Assembly: GCA_026770705.1 (NCBI GenBank)
Contig: JANJGN010000140.1
Location: 558,001 to 622,000 of the forward strand
Length of the DNA stretch: 64,000 nt
Reading direction: 5' to 3'
Source: Isurus oxyrinchus
Taxonomy: Eukaryota
The notes under the pieces were generated by a model. That model did not search any database. It saw nothing but the letters and a program-made list of their open reading frames with translations, and was not told where the DNA came from. Numbering within the stretch: the first letter of the stretch is position 1; each line of letters begins with the position of its first letter. Both the position numbers and the translations under genes were made by a program. Positions 1 through 13,846 of this stretch are shown in pieces.

Positions 1-244
1 CTAATTATAAGAATTTTTTTCCAGGGAACGGGCACAGATTTGATGGGGTGGGTGGGCTCCATCTTTCCTTTCGGCTTGATGAGCCCATAAATTGAAATTG
101 GATGAATTAAGGTTAGCAATTGTATTCTTCAGGCTGCTTTATGTGATATTAGCATAGGGACGCTTAACAGAAACCGTGTCAGCGAATGAAATGGTATATT
201 TGTAAATATAAGATATGACCTTTAGTAGCGAAAATGACTTACAT

Positions 245-2530
245 TGAAACATAGAAACTAGGAGCAGGAGTAGGCCATTCGGCCCTTCGAGCCTGCTCCA
301 TCATTCAATATGATCATGGCTGATCATCGAACTCAATAGCCTGCTCCAGCTTTCTCCCCATATCATTTGAGCCCTTTCGCCCCAAAAGCTATATCTAACT
401 CCTTATTGAGAACATACAATGTTTTGGCCTCAACTACTGTCTTTGGTAGCAAATTTCACAGGCTCACTACTCTCTGGGTGAAGAAATTTCTCCTCATATC
501 AGTCCTAAATGGTCTACTCCGTATCCACAGACTGTGACCCCTGGTTCTAGACTCCTCCACCATCGGGAACATCCTTCCTGCATCTACCCTGTCTAGTCTT
601 GTTAGAATTCTATATGTTTCTATGAGATCCCCCCCCCCCCAAATTCTTCTGAACTTCAGCGAATGTAATCCTAACCGACTCAATCTCTCCTCATATGTCA
701 GTCCCGACATCCCAGGAATCAGTCTGAATAAACATCGCTGTACTCCATCTATAGCAAGAATACCCTTCGTCAGAATGGAGACCAAAACTGCAGACAATAT
801 TCCAAAGGTGGTCTCACCAAGGCCCTGTATAATTGCAGCAAGACACCCTGCTCCTGTACTCGAATCCTGTCGCTATGAAGGCCAACTTACCATTTGCCTT
901 CTTTACCGCCTGGTGTACCTGCATGCTTACCTTCAACGACTGATGCACGAGGACATCCAGGTCTCGTTACACATTCCCCTTCCAATGTATAGCCATTCAG
1001 ATAATAACCTGCCTTATTGTTTTTGCTACCAAAGTGGATAACATCACATTTTTGCACATTATATTGCATCTGCCACGCATTTGCCTATTCACTCAACTTT
1101 TCCAAATCTTACTGAAGCATCTCTGCATCCTCCGCAAAGCTCACCCTCCCACCCAACTTTGTTTCATCGACAAATTTGGAGAAATTACATTTAGCTCCTT
1201 CATCTAAATCATTAATATATACCGATCGCTGCAGTACCCCCACGAATCACTGCTGCCATTTGGAAGAAGGTCCATTTATTCCAATTCTTTGTTTCCTGTC
1301 TGCCAAACAGTTTTCTATCCATCTCAAAACACTACTCCTAGTCCCATGTGCTTTAATTTTACACGTTAATCCCTTAGGTGGGACTTTGTCAAAGCCTTCT
1401 GAAAATCCAAATCCACTGGGCCCCCCTCATCAACTCTACTCGTTACATTCTCGAAAACTTCCAGTAGATTTGTCAAGCATGATTTCCCATTTGTAAATCC
1501 ATGCTGACTCTGTCCGAATCTGTCACTGTTTTCCAAGTGCTCAGCTATTAAATTTTTCTAATAGACTTTTGAATTTTCCCCATTACGGACGTCAGGCTGA
1601 CTGGTTTATAATTCCTGCTTTTCTCTCAACTTCCCTTTTGGAATGGCGGGGTTACATTAACTAACCTCCAATCTGCAGGAACTGGTCCAGAGTATATAGA
1701 ATCTCGGAAGATGACCACCAATGCATCCATAATATTTGGGCCACTTTCTTAAGCACTCTGGGATATAGATTATCAGGCCCTGGGGGTTTATCGGCCTTCA
1801 ATCCCATCAATTTCCACAACACCAACTCCCTACTAATACTGATTTCTTTCAGTTCCTCGCTTTCACTAAACCATGTGTTCCACAACATTCCTTGTTATTT
1901 TTGTCCTCCATTTTGAAGGCAAAGTATGTACTTAGTTGGTCGGCCATTTGTTTGTTCCCCATTATAAATTTCCCTGTTTCTTACTATAAGGGGCCTACAT
2001 TTGTCTTCACCAATCTTTTTCTCTTCACATACCTACAGCAACTTTTACAGTCAGTTTTTATGTTCCCCGCAAGCTTACTTTCTGGCTCTATTTTCCCCTT
2101 CTTAATCAATTGCTTGGTCCTCCTTTGCTGAATTCTAGAGTGCTTCCAAACCTCAAGCCTGTTGTTTTTTTCTGGCCAATATGTATGACTCTTCCTTGGA
2201 TCTAACCTAAACTCTAAGTTCCCCTGTAAACCATGGTTTGGCCACCTTTCATATTTTACTTATGCGCCAGACAGGAATAAACAATTGTTTCAGTTCACCC
2301 ATGCGCTGTTTGAACGTTTGCCAATGCCTATCCACCTTTGTCCCTTTAAGTATTGTTTCTCAATCCATCATAGCCAACTCGCACCTCAAACCATCATAGT
2401 TTCCTTTATTAAGATTCAGGGCCCTAGTCTCAGAATCAACTACGTCACTCTCCATCTTGATGAAGAATTCTATCATATTATGGTCGCTCATCCCCAAGGA
2501 GCCTCGCACAAGTAGATTGCCAATTATTCC
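245..2530 (-). mobile_element. Degraded CR1-clade LINE (ORF2 RT region and 3' end)
   Basis: Minus-strand ORF fragments GLTYEERLSRLGLHSLKFRR..GDLIETYRIL, MQYNVQKCDVIHFG and LKADKPPGPDNLYPRVLK are typical CR1 ORF2 motifs; many frameshifts. Confidence 0.85.
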
Positions 2531-3529
2531 TTTCTGATTGTGCTGATTTGAGAGTCATCTCATTGTGGATTCCACCTCAAATTCAGAACCTGAGCATAAC
2601 TACCAGAATTCTAATCGGGTTATTGAAAAGGTGCTATCTTTTTGGAGAGATCATGAATCTTGTGTTCTGGTAGGACTTAAAGCTCGCATGGTCCTACACA
2701 ATATATTTGTCAATATCCCCCTCTTGACCTTAAATAACCAAAGATACATTGCTGGGTTCCTCTGTCGTTGATGTTTCTGTGCATGAAGCTCATCTTCAGG
2801 TAATGCACTTAAAACCCATTTTACCTCCTGTGGAACGTGATGGGGTGGTCGGTTAGTGTCTGTTGACCTGCTAATACGATAATCAATGACTTGCACAGCA
2901 TTTGTACATTAATTACAATGTCAAATTTTCAACTAGTGCTGAAAATAAAAATGTGCTGTAGAAATAATGAGGCAGTGCTGTAGTGGCGCATTTGAAATCT
3001 GTAGACACGTACTGGCAGCCGAACGGAGCTACTGCTCATAGTGCACAAGGACCTATCTCTGTCATTACTGTACAAGAGCATGTCATTGTCCTTAGTCCGC
3101 TCAAACGTATCTCAGTTGCACTGTACCAAATCATATTTTTGTTTATATTACACCAGACACTGGAACACGAATGATTGCACTCAGCCACGTTTCTCTATTA
3201 ATGTAAAAATAATGAGACAGTTCTACATAAAAATATACGATATAGGAATATATTAGGCAATCAACCATTCGAGTCCTCACCACCAAGCAGTAAATTTATG
3301 GTTCATGTTCTGCCTCAGTTCCACGTTACAGGAATATCCCCATATTCCTTAATTCTTTTTATCACCAGAAACCTCACAGTTCAATGGGGACAGAAACTTC
3401 AGTCCCAAATTGTCAACCCTGTATGCTGAGATTGTGAGCCTTGGTACTAGATTCCCCGGTGAAGCCGAAATCCTCGCAGCTCCTTAAAAATTATATGTGA
3501 GATCCCCTCTCATTATTATCAGAGGACAG

Positions 3530-4660
3530 TTGAAAGCGACTGCCCTTGACATGAAGGCAGCATTTGACTGAGTGTGGCGTCAAGGGGCCCTGGCAAAACT
3601 GGAGTCAACAGGTATTTGGGAGAAAGCTCTCCGCTGGTTGGAGTCATGCACAGCACAAAAGAAGATCGTTGTGGCTGTTAAAAGCCAATCATCTCATTTC
3701 TGGTACATCACTGCAGGAGTTCCTCAGGGTCGTGCCCTCAGCCCCACCATCTTCAGCTGCTTCATCAATGACCTTACTTAGATGAGAGGGTTAGAAGTGA
3801 TGAGGTCCACTGATGATTGCACAATATTCAGCACCATTCACGACTCCTCAGGTACTGAGGCAGTCCATGTCCAAATGCAGCAAGACCTAGCCAATGTCCA
3901 GACTTGGGCTGATAAGTGGTAAGTAACATTCACGCCACACAGGTACCAGGCAATGAACATCTCCAACAAGAAAGAATCTGACCATTGCCTCTTGACGTGC
4001 AAAGGCATTGCCATCTCAGAATCCCCACATATCAACATCCTGGGTGTTATCATTGACCAGAAACTGAACTGGACTAGCCACATGAATACTATGCCCGCAA
4101 GAGCAGGCCAGAAGCTAGGAGTCTTACGTCAAGTAATTCACCCCCTGACTCACTAAAGCCTGTCCACTATCCACAAGGCACAAGTCACGGGTGTTTTGGA
4201 ATAATCTCCATTTGTTTGGATGAGCACCGCAATCAAGAAGCTTGATGCAGCCCCTGATCAAACAACCCACTTGTTTGACACCCCATCAACAAACATTCAC
4301 TCCCTCCACCACCGACGCACATCAAAAAGCTGCCCTGCAGGAATTCACCAAGGCTCCTTAGACAGCAACTTCCAAACTCAGGACCACGACTAGCAAGAAG
4401 GGCAACACAGCAGACACATAGGATTGCCACCATTAGGAATCATCCCATCCAAGACACCCAGCATTCTAACTTGGGAAAATATCACCAGTCTTTCACTGTC
4501 GCTGGGTCAAAATCCTGGAACCCCATCTGTAATTGTACTCTGGGTGTACCTGCACCACAGGGACTTCAGCGATTCCGCAAGGCAGCTCATGAACCCCTTC
4601 TCAAGGGCAATTAGGGATGGGCAAAAAATGCTGGCCCAGTCAACGAAGCCCACATCCTTT
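3530..4660 (+). mobile_element. Degraded CR1/L2-type LINE RT fragment
   Basis: ITAGVPQGRALSPTIFSCFINDL and INILGVIIDQKLNWTSHM are non-LTR reverse transcriptase motifs. Confidence 0.75.
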
Positions 4661-5199
4661 AAAAAAAAAATTAAAAGTTCAGTGAAATGTGTGCAAAGCC
4701 GACTTAACCTCTCATCATGAAACAAGCACCTCATCCCAGGAATTAATGTGGTCAACCTTTGTCACATCCTCTCTAAGGCAAATACATCCTTCCTTAGGTT
4801 TGAAGACCAAAACTGTACACTGTACCCGAGGTAATCTCACCAAGGCCTTATACAATTGCTGTAAGACTTCTAAACTCTTATACTCTAATCCATTTCAAAA
4901 ATGGCTAACATACCATTTGATTTCCTAACCGCATACTGTGCCACAATTTTAACTTTCCATGATCTATAGCTAATGCCCTGTCCCCCCGTCCCCTCAGCAC
5001 CACTACCAAGTGCAGAATTTCACGCTTCGTCCGTCTTCTGTGCTGCTTCCACACTTTTAACCGGTTTGTATTCCTTTACAGAATCTTAGAGTCCTCCTGA
5101 GAGCTATCATTTCCATTAACATTGTGGCATCGGCGAACTAGGGTCATTGCATTCAGCGTCCACCCGATGGCAGTAGGACCATTCCTTCATTTGTATTTC

Positions 5200-7000
5200 A
5201 GCAGGCTATGTTAAAAATGTATTAGACGATGCCACTGTTTTTAAAGGGTGTCCTCTCTCAGTTTTTAATTCACTAGACCATGCCTCTGATCATTTTAAAC
5301 CAGATCATATTTCTGTTTATATTAGACTAAGTGGTATTTTACTACAGCATGAGAATCGCCCCCTGCTCGTATCACACTAGGTCCTGCTTTATTTAATACT
5401 GCACTAGGCTATAGTTCTGTTAACTTGCATCCTGTCTTTGTTGTAAACTGTGAAGTGTCCATTTGCAAATTATTCCAGGCCTTATCTCAGTTTTCATTAT
5501 ACTAGATTCTCTCTCTGTCCATATTACCGCAGACATTTATCTGATTTCATATCACACTATATCATGTTTTGACATAATATCCCAGAACACCATGCCATTG
5601 TTCTATCTCCTACAGACTCGGTCTCAGTGCAGTTCCGTTGTTGCTGCACGAGATCACATGTTATTCTAAGTTGGACTTGTCTCTTGCGTCTTTGCACCCG
5701 TGTCTATCTCAGCTCCTTCTACTCTTTAACATATGTCAGGCCATCTCTTAATTGTTACTCCACTCGACCATGTGTCTGTTTGCTTTCGGGCGGAACCAGC
5801 GTCAGTTTATTGTTGCCGTCCAACACATCCCTTCTGACATTACAGTCGGCCAGGTCTTAGACATTAATGAATTAAATTATGCTTCAGCTATATTACACTG
5901 GGGGATGATTCAGTTAATCGTGCAGTCGGCTATGTCTCGGTTAAAATGCCAGTAGACCCTGTTCCTGTTTATATTAAGCAATAGCATGACACTTCGTATG
6001 TTTCTCTGGGTATTCGTCATTATTGGATTGGATAAAGTCACTGTTTACAATAATTGAGGACCTGCCTCTAGACTCTGTCCTTGTTCATATTACACAAGCT
6101 TCCAGCCACGTTTATATTGCAGTAGACGCTGTTCTACATATTACATTACATTGTTGAACTGTTTAAGTTACACTAATCCTATCTCAGTTATTGGTGTAAG
6201 AATATGATCTCTGTTCGTATTACACAAAATTGGGCCATAGATATTAATGCACTAGAATGTGTGTTTCAACTTATAAAAGATTCAGCCTTGCCTGTTTTTA
6301 GGACAGTAGAGCATCTCGCTATTTGTATTATGCTGGACTGTGCTTAAGCAATTATTGCATTAGATGACCTTTCTTTGTTAGCACTGAACTATGTGAGTCG
6401 TTCTCTTATGCGTAGCGCTTTTTCTATGCTCTGCTTCAAACGATGTGGTTGCTTATACTGCGCAAGACCCTATCTCAGTTTTCACAGCACAAGCCAATGC
6501 CATTGTTTACATTAAAATAGACGTGTATCCTTTAACATTGTTTTCGGCGGTAGACCATTTCTATCTTTATTTTACACTAGACCTTGTATCAGTGAGTACT
6601 GCACTGAAGACAGTGTTTCTTTATGTTAGACCAGGGTCGGTCAGTGTTTGAACTTCACCACTGGTTGTGCAGTTATATCAGCACTAAATCGTGTCTTCGT
6701 TTAATTTACACTAGATGCTTTTTCAGTTTTCACTCCGGTATACCATGCTTATCTCACAAAGCACTGAGTTAGCACTTACTTAGAATATGTCTCTGTTTAA
6801 AATATTTGAAACATTGCTTTCACTTATATTACACAATGTCTGCCTCAGTTATTGCAGTACGACACTAAACATTTATTTATAATACTCCTGATTATGTGTC
6901 TATTTATATTACAGTGGGTTTTGTGGCACCTAGTGTTCCACTAGTATGACGTAAGCATGCACACTAGTGATCTTTGCTGTCCCAACCGGACTGGCGCTAA
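5200..7000 (+). repeat. Highly degenerate ~27-bp satellite
   Basis: Recurrent variants of CTAGACCCTGTCTCAGTTTATATTACA; same family as 51.1-52.8 kb. Confidence 0.55.
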
Positions 7001-7173
7001 CTGCGTTTGTTTCTTGCTTACGTCTATCACCTGGTAATTTCTGCTGTTTGTAACTGAGCAACTTTCCGGATGTCATTGAGGTGATCGTGTGCCAAGGAAG
7101 CAAACCTTGATTAAGCACGTGCTCGGCAAGACTTTAACATTAGAGTCAGGAATATTTTGCCAGGACTTTAGAG

Positions 7174-7713
7174 ATGACACCTGTTGAGCTGTTCCAGATC
7201 TCCTTTGTAATAGGTATACAGGGACATGTGAACCCTGTGTTGATGTGACTTATCATTCTTCCCCTTTTAATCTGTAAGTATTAAAATGATTTCCTTTCTC
7301 TGGTGTAAATTATCCAAACGCCCCTTATAATAGTTATACCGCAATTGTGGACTGGAATGCTCGTAATCACTAAGTGTGTTAACCATTGTTTTCTATATTA
7401 TTTTACAGGTAGAACCCGAGGGAGTTCGGTAGTGCAGAGATAACATGAGTTGAAGGTACATGAGGAAGATAATCCGCAATTGAACTGTGAGTGCAACTCC
7501 AGTTCTGATGGATCCAGGTTGCTACTGGTACCGGCTGCACCCGAACCAGGCATCCCTTTTTCTGTTGTACCATGATAAAACCAGGCGCAGGGATGCCGAG
7601 TTTGCGAACGGAAAATTCGATGCTCGTCATTTCCGTCATTATCAAGTTTTTCGTTTGCCAATTTCTATAGCGGAGCCTAAAGACAGCGCCATCTATTTCT
7701 GCAGATTGAGGAT
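7174..7713 (+). pseudogene. TCR alpha/delta V pseudogene (putative leader 7174-7213, V exon 7409-7713)
   Basis: Leader MTPVELFQISFVIG with GT donor; TTTTACAG acceptor; exon GRTRGSSVVQR*HELKVHEEDNPQLNC, frameshift, then GCYWYRLHPNQ...EPKDSAIYFCRLR; followed by an RSS. Confidence 0.85.
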
Positions 7714-7751
7714 CACAGTGTGACAAAGCCGCTCTACTCCGTACAAAAACA
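7714..7751 (+). promoter_or_regulatory. RSS (22-bp spacer)
   Basis: CACAGTG + 22 bp + ACAAAAACA. Confidence 0.85.
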
Positions 7752-9077
7752 TCGTTATACCATAGAAAAGCTGGAGAGATAAGCAATCGCATCTGCCACG
7801 GAGCGACTCTTCAAAAATAAAATTTCTCATTGAGAAAATGATGAAAAACACATTTTTTCACGTTCTAACACAATGGTGTCAAGGAGTACGGATATCATTT
7901 AGCTGTAGTGAATCGAGAAACCTTTTTTCCCCTTGGAACAGAGAAACTAAGGGGAATTTTATTTGAGGTGACCAAAGCTATGAAAATTTTCTTATAAAGT
8001 ACATGAGAGGAAATCATTTCTTCTGGCAGGAGGGACGATAATCAGATGATATCGATTAAAGTTAATCATTCCGGGGAGGGCGGGGATAAAGGGTGTGTGT
8101 GAGGATTTATGAGTTGTTTCAAGGCGAGTTATTGTGATCTTGAAAGCCTTCCTGAAAGAATGATGGTAGCAGGTACAATATTAAGCAATTGGATAAATGT
8201 TTCAAAATGAAACATGCAGGTCTACGGAAAAGGAAAATAGCTTGGGGTTTATTGGATAACTCCTGCAGGCTTCAAGCTTAACAAAATGACCTCTTTATGT
8301 ACTGTGTTATCAATTAATCCTACAAACCACTGTCAATTCTCATTCCGGTAAAAACTGTACTGTGGAGCACTTTCACCATACACACTCTGGCGGTTGGAGG
8401 AGAAGGCTCATCATAACATTCTTATGTGAAGCGAGGGATGGGCAATAAATGCCGATCTTGCCACCATCGCCCATAACTGGGCAATGGCTAGAACAACACT
8501 GGGAAAAGCAGCTGTTCCCTTATGACAATCATCGTGTGATTTCTTCCTCAGTGTCTCTTATTCACCCTTGCCTTCATTATTTGTGTCTCTTCCGTCTTCT
8601 TCAGTCCTGTTATTCCCTCTCCTAGTTTCTCTGGTTCGCTATTTCCCTCCTGCAACATGACGAATGTACAATTGTTCTTTAAATGACCTCATTATTTTCT
8701 CTTCTGACCAAGAAGTCTGAGGAGGGGAGGGAGGGGCGAATTGCCAAACACAAACCCCATCCAGCATAGTTCCCCCAGCAGCCAAACGTTGTCCCCTCCT
8801 CCTTCCACCTACTGAGTGATATTCTGAGTGATGCCATTAGACGGTGTAGGAGGAAGTAGAGAAATTATATTTGGCCAGTCAGCACTCGTGTCAAAATGCG
8901 GTTACCGAGTCACCTCATTCATTACTTCTTATTGGAAAAGAATTACAAAAGGTACTTCCACCAGCCTCCGCCCCCTACTCCCCTTCCGTTAAAGCTCTCT
9001 GCAGAACTGTTTCGTAATGTAACAGATTGCAATAGTAAATATATCTGCTATTTGAAGAGATTGTTGCTGAGGATATA

Positions 9078-9530
9078 ATGAGGCTTATGCCGCATCCTCA
9101 TCTGATTTTATTGTGGCTGATGTTCGGTGGGTGCAGCCAGATCATTTTATCTGTTTGCAGTTATATGATGTTAATAGACTTTTAAACTCAGTATTGCATT
9201 CAGCTTTTGCTTACGTTTTATTTCAGGTGTGATTCAGACAGATTCTGTGTCCCAACCTCAGACCACACTGCGTGTTACTGAAGGAGACAGCAAGAAAATA
9301 GACTGTAGCTACACAACAAATCACGGTAATCCCGGCCTGTACTTGGGCAGACAGCACACGAACCAGGCTCCGCATTTTATTTTGTATCGAGATAGAAGCA
9401 GTAAAAAAGATGCAGATTTTACCAAAGAGAAATTCGAGGCAGGTCAGACTAACGAAGGAAAGTCATTTCCTCTAACGATCACTCGAGCAGAAATCCAGGA
9501 GACCGCCGTATGTTTCTGCGCGCTGAGGAA
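9078..9530 (+). CDS. TCR alpha/delta V segment, open frame but non-canonical (leader 9078-9126, V exon 9227-9530)
   Basis: Leader MRLMPHPHLILLWLMFG with GT donor and TTTCAG acceptor in phase 1; exon VIQTDSVSQPQTTLRVTEGDSKKIDCSY...LYLGRQ...KSFPLTITRAEIQETAVCFCALR has no stops; conserved Trp replaced by Leu. Confidence 0.85.
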
Positions 9531-9569
9531 CACACTGGTTTAAAACTCATCTGTGGCTATACAAAAACC
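9531..9569 (+). promoter_or_regulatory. 23-RSS
   Basis: CACACTG + 23 bp + ACAAAAACC. Confidence 0.9.
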
Positions 9570-9619
9570 CCAGTGATGTAGAACTGCCAATTCAAAGAAA
9601 CCCGGCCTTTGTGGGTAAG

Positions 9620-10100
9620 TGCTATCCGTGACTCAGTTTAACTGTTCCATCTCACAACCCTACTTGTCTATCAGAAATGTAAGTGTTCAGGCCCCACTCT
9701 AGAAGCGTGAGCACTTAACTCAGGCTGACACTTCTACAGTCAGTATAAAGGGAGAGCTGCAATGTCCGTGGTGCCATTTTTCGGATGAGCTATTAAATGG
9801 AAACTCCGCCTCTCACGCACCCACAACCAACTGCCCCCCGCCCCCCCCCCCCCCCCCCCCCCCCCCCCACCAACTCCCTCCCCGAGGAGGACCTTAAAAA
9901 CTCTGCCGCTTGTTGCACAAAAGAGCTGGTCAGCTCTCCCGTGCATTTAAACCTCAAACAATATCAATGAAACAAGTGATCACATTGCTCTTTGTAGGAG
10001 CTTGCTGTGCATAATTTGACTACTTCCTACATTACCATAGTGACTGCAATTCTAATTTACTTAATTTCTACTGTGGGGCAGTCTGGATGGACTGGGTCGT
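9620..10100 (+). mobile_element. Probable SINE remnant (related copies near 27250-27670 and 48148-48470)
   Basis: Shared blocks such as ATCACATTGC..TTGT(G/A)GGAGCTTGCTGTG and CCTACATTAC recur at these dispersed sites; tRNA-like head; family not identified. Confidence 0.45.
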
Positions 10101-10665
10101 CCTTTGCTTTCTGTAATTGTTGATGGAAATAGTAAATTAATTATAGCAACTTGTGGGCCTGTCCACAACTTTTTCTGTTTTTCACCCAACACTAATAAAA
10201 ATGGTGTCAGTAACACGACCTGGCCTCAGGATCGGCCCTTGCGGCGTTGCGTAAGCAGATGGGATATTCTGTGCACCAATCCACGAACAGTTATTGAGCG
10301 CAACCCCTCAAAAGGCTCGCTACTCCCACACTAAGAACATTGGACTGTATCGAAAGCAGATCGCCTTCCCCTTTCCGATAATTTGTCTCATTAATCTGCT
10401 CTACTCCACCTTCCCTTTACCTATATCTGAGACAACAGGGTTTTGATGACCTAGTTTAATTTTTGAGCGGGAAAACAAAAACCGCAGGATGACAGTTATA
10501 CCAATCAGAAAAAAATCCACGGTGAAATATACACGTTCAAGCAAATTCCTCCGGCGGTTTGTAAACTTGAGCAAATATTTCTACCTGTTAGGATATGGAG
10601 AACATGGCAGCATTAATCTCAATATTTTCAGTTATGATCATTTTTAAACCATATTTGTGCTAACT

Positions 10666-11201
10666 CCGTGTGAGATTTGGAGAGATTTTGCAAAGCAGGG
10701 AGAACAGAATAAAATAGAGAGGTCAATATTCCTAGAAATATTGCTTCACGTCATAAAGTAATCACAATGTAATACAAGGCAGTCAAAATCTTTAAGTGAC
10801 CGACACCGGCAAGTCAACGCCTTCCTAACTGACCTGAGTAACAAAGAGTTCTTAGGCTTCCCTAATTGATCTGCTGCTTTATTCAATAGTTTTCATTATT
10901 TTTCATCACCATTGTTGGACCCTGGCACTGTAGTCAATTTCACGGCGATGCGAGTACATAATTTCCGCTTTATTTTAGCAGTTACGTGAGACGGTGGGGT
11001 AGCAGCAATGTCACTGGTCCCTGTAAGGCCTTAGATCACTTAGGAACGCGTTGACTCGTCTGTGTCGGTCACTTACAGATGTTGACTGCCTTGTATTACA
11101 TTGTAATTACTTCATGATGTGATACAATATTTCCTGGATTTTATCCTCCCTATTTTATTCTGTTCTCCCCGCTTTACAAAACTTCTCCAACTCTCACACG
11201 G
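10666..11201. repeat. Long imperfect inverted repeat (arms ~10666-10838 and ~11031-11201), MITE/foldback-like
   Basis: For example ACAATGTAATACAAGGCAGTCAA versus TTGACTGCCTTGTATTACATTGT, and GGGAGAACAGAATAAAATAG versus CTATTTTATTCTGTTCTCCC. Confidence 0.8.
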
Positions 11202-12499
11202 TGCTGATGTGGAGACTGGGTTCAATCTTCCCCCCACCCCCACAACCCGCCCCCCACCCCCCCCGCAACCCCCGCCCCCCGCCCCTCCCCTCCGGCCCCC
11301 CACAGAAAGTGGTGGAATTGAATCTGTTCAATTAATTAATAAAAACAATCTCGAATTGAAAACAGATTAGTCTCAATGGCGATCATCTGTTGCCATGACA
11401 GAAACAAAACCTCTGGTTCTCTAATGTCCTTTAGAGAAGGGAACCTGCAGTCCTTACTTGGTCTGGCCTCCTTGTGACTCCACAGCCCCAGCCATGTAGT
11501 TGAGCCTTAGCTGCCCTCCAGAATGGCCTAGCAAGGTAATTTGTGTTGGGAAGCAGCTTCTGGCTGTATTCATATATTTCCTGATATATTTGGTGTCTTT
11601 GCTGCCCTCTTAACGCAGCATTTAAAAGTGTTGTGTGATTAAATCAAATCTCGCTGGCACTTCTACTAAATTATTGGTCACTGTAATCTCTCATATTGAT
11701 TACAAATTCCCCATTGCACAGGATTTTGCTGCCAGTTAATGGACATTTTCTCTTCATTGACAACTCAGAATTAGTGCCAAATATGAATCACAAAAATTAC
11801 AGTTGCTGAGAAACGGTGTTAATATCTACTTGGACAAAACATATTCATGGAATCGAATGAAGTTAGACAGAGAGAAACAGACAAAGTAAACCGATTGATA
11901 AATTTCACAAGATGCATATAATTTGTTATAACACTCCTGAGCAAAATAAGGAGCCAAAATTGCATTATAACAGAACACGGCAGGCAACAAGGTGAAAAAA
12001 AAATCAAGTTATTTTCGAATTCATTTTATTTTCAATTTCCAAGCTATCTGAGGCAATGCTTTTAAACTTAACTGAAAGCGAAACATATTAGAGGAAACGA
12101 AGTGATGCACGGTAACATTGAAACTGATACAGTCGGTGCAAACACGAGCAGAAAACTTTCCGTTACGATTCAGTTAGCAGTTTGTTTTCAAATGCCAGGG
12201 TGCATAAAAGAGCAAAAACTAAAGATTTCGACAGAAAAATAACTCCGATGAACTTCTTTGGCTGGACTGAAAAGGATTATTTCAGACAAAACAGAAAACA
12301 AAACAATTTTTTTGCAAAAAATATCTTGTGTTTCTGAAGATCCAACCAAAGAGTTCTGGAAAAAAAACAGTCGGTTTAACGACAAAACCAACTCATTTTA
12401 GAACAATAATATAATTTTTAAAGTTGTATATGAACATTTAATGATTCCGATCTCTCTCTTTCTCTCTCTGCACGTCCTTTCTCTATTTCATTCTCTCTC

Positions 12500-12880
12500 G
12501 AAGTAAAGCTCCCTCTGCGCTGTCAAAAAAATCCCAGGACAGGTACAGCACAGGGTTAGATACAGAGTGAAGCTCCATCTATACTGTCCCCATCAAACGC
12601 TCTCAGAATAGGTACAGCACGGGGTTAGATCCACAGTAAAGCTCCCTCTATAATGTGCCTGTCAATCACTCCCAGATTTGACGCAACTGTTAGATACAGC
12701 GCAATGTTCTCTCCATCCTGCCCCTGTAAAACACTCCAATTTTGATGCAACTTTGTTAGATACAGGGTAAATCTCCCTCTATACTTTCCCTGTAAAACAC
12801 TCCCAGATTTGATGTAACTCTGTCAGATATAGAGTAAAGCCTTCTTTATAATTTCCCATAAACACTTCTAGGGCAGAAAT
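12500..12880 (+). repeat. ~60-65-bp tandem repeat, about 6 copies
   Basis: Repeated GTTAGATACAGAGTAAAGCTCCCTCTATACTGTCCC...AAACACTCCCAG units. Confidence 0.75.
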
Positions 12881-13828
12881 ATAGGTTATAATAAAGGACA
12901 TTCTCAAAGTTATAATGGGCTTTAAACTTTTGACTATTTAATTTCCAATTTAAATTATGTTTATTTAGAATGAAAGAACTTGCATTTTTCTAGCACGTTA
13001 CTCGCTCTTATGATGTACCAAAATGCTTTGCACCATTCTATCTACTAGAATGCTTTTGAAGTTAAAATGTTGCAATACAGGGGAACGAACCAGAAAATAA
13101 TACTTACAACAGGATCCAACAAAGAGAAATGTGAAATTAAACATTTAACCTGATATTAGATATGATTAAGGCTAAATATTGGAACAATACGCCAGGGACA
13201 ATCCCCATGTTCTTCCAAAAGTAATGCAATTAGAAATGTTATGCCATGAGATAGTTCAGGAAAGGACTCGGTTTCAATTCACATCCAAAAAGTGATATGT
13301 CCGAAATTGCAGCTCTTCCTCAAATGTTAGGCAGGATTTTGTGCTGAAATTTGTGAACTGGGGCGTTTTCATTCGGTTTGATGAAGGTGACAACTCTACT
13401 AATGCAAAGCATAGCGAGCACACCCTTTCCCCAGTCTATAGCTCAACAGATTAGAGGACTGTCATTGTTCATTAGGCTAAATATAATTCATAAAATGTAA
13501 CAGGTTGATACCGACATTCAGTTGGAGTTGGGGAGACGGGACAAAAAGGAGATTGTTATTTCAGGTGCCATTTTTCGTTATTTGCTAGTGTCACAATGTT
13601 TTCTCTTCCTGTCCCATATCTCAGAATGTTACATAAACACTGCGGTGCAGGACGAGACCAAACGCTGCATATTTACCGCTATTACCCCTTTGTTAAAATT
13701 AAATCGGCATCTTCAGGTGCTCGTAAGAGTAACTGCAAACGGATGTTGTTGGCGGGATTGCAGCTGGCAGTGTTTCCGCCAGTTCTGCCTCTCTAATTTC
13801 AGTTTGATAACAGGGAGGAACATCTAAC

Positions 13829-13846
13829 CACTGCGCCCTCTGGTGG
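13829..13846 (-). promoter_or_regulatory. CTCF-like motif
   Basis: Reverse complement CCACCAGAGGGCGCAGTG matches the CTCF core consensus. Confidence 0.6.

Noticed and set aside
13596-13796. Possible V relic (LHIYRYYP, AGLQLA)
   Set aside because: Motif spacing is inconsistent with a V domain and there is no RSS.
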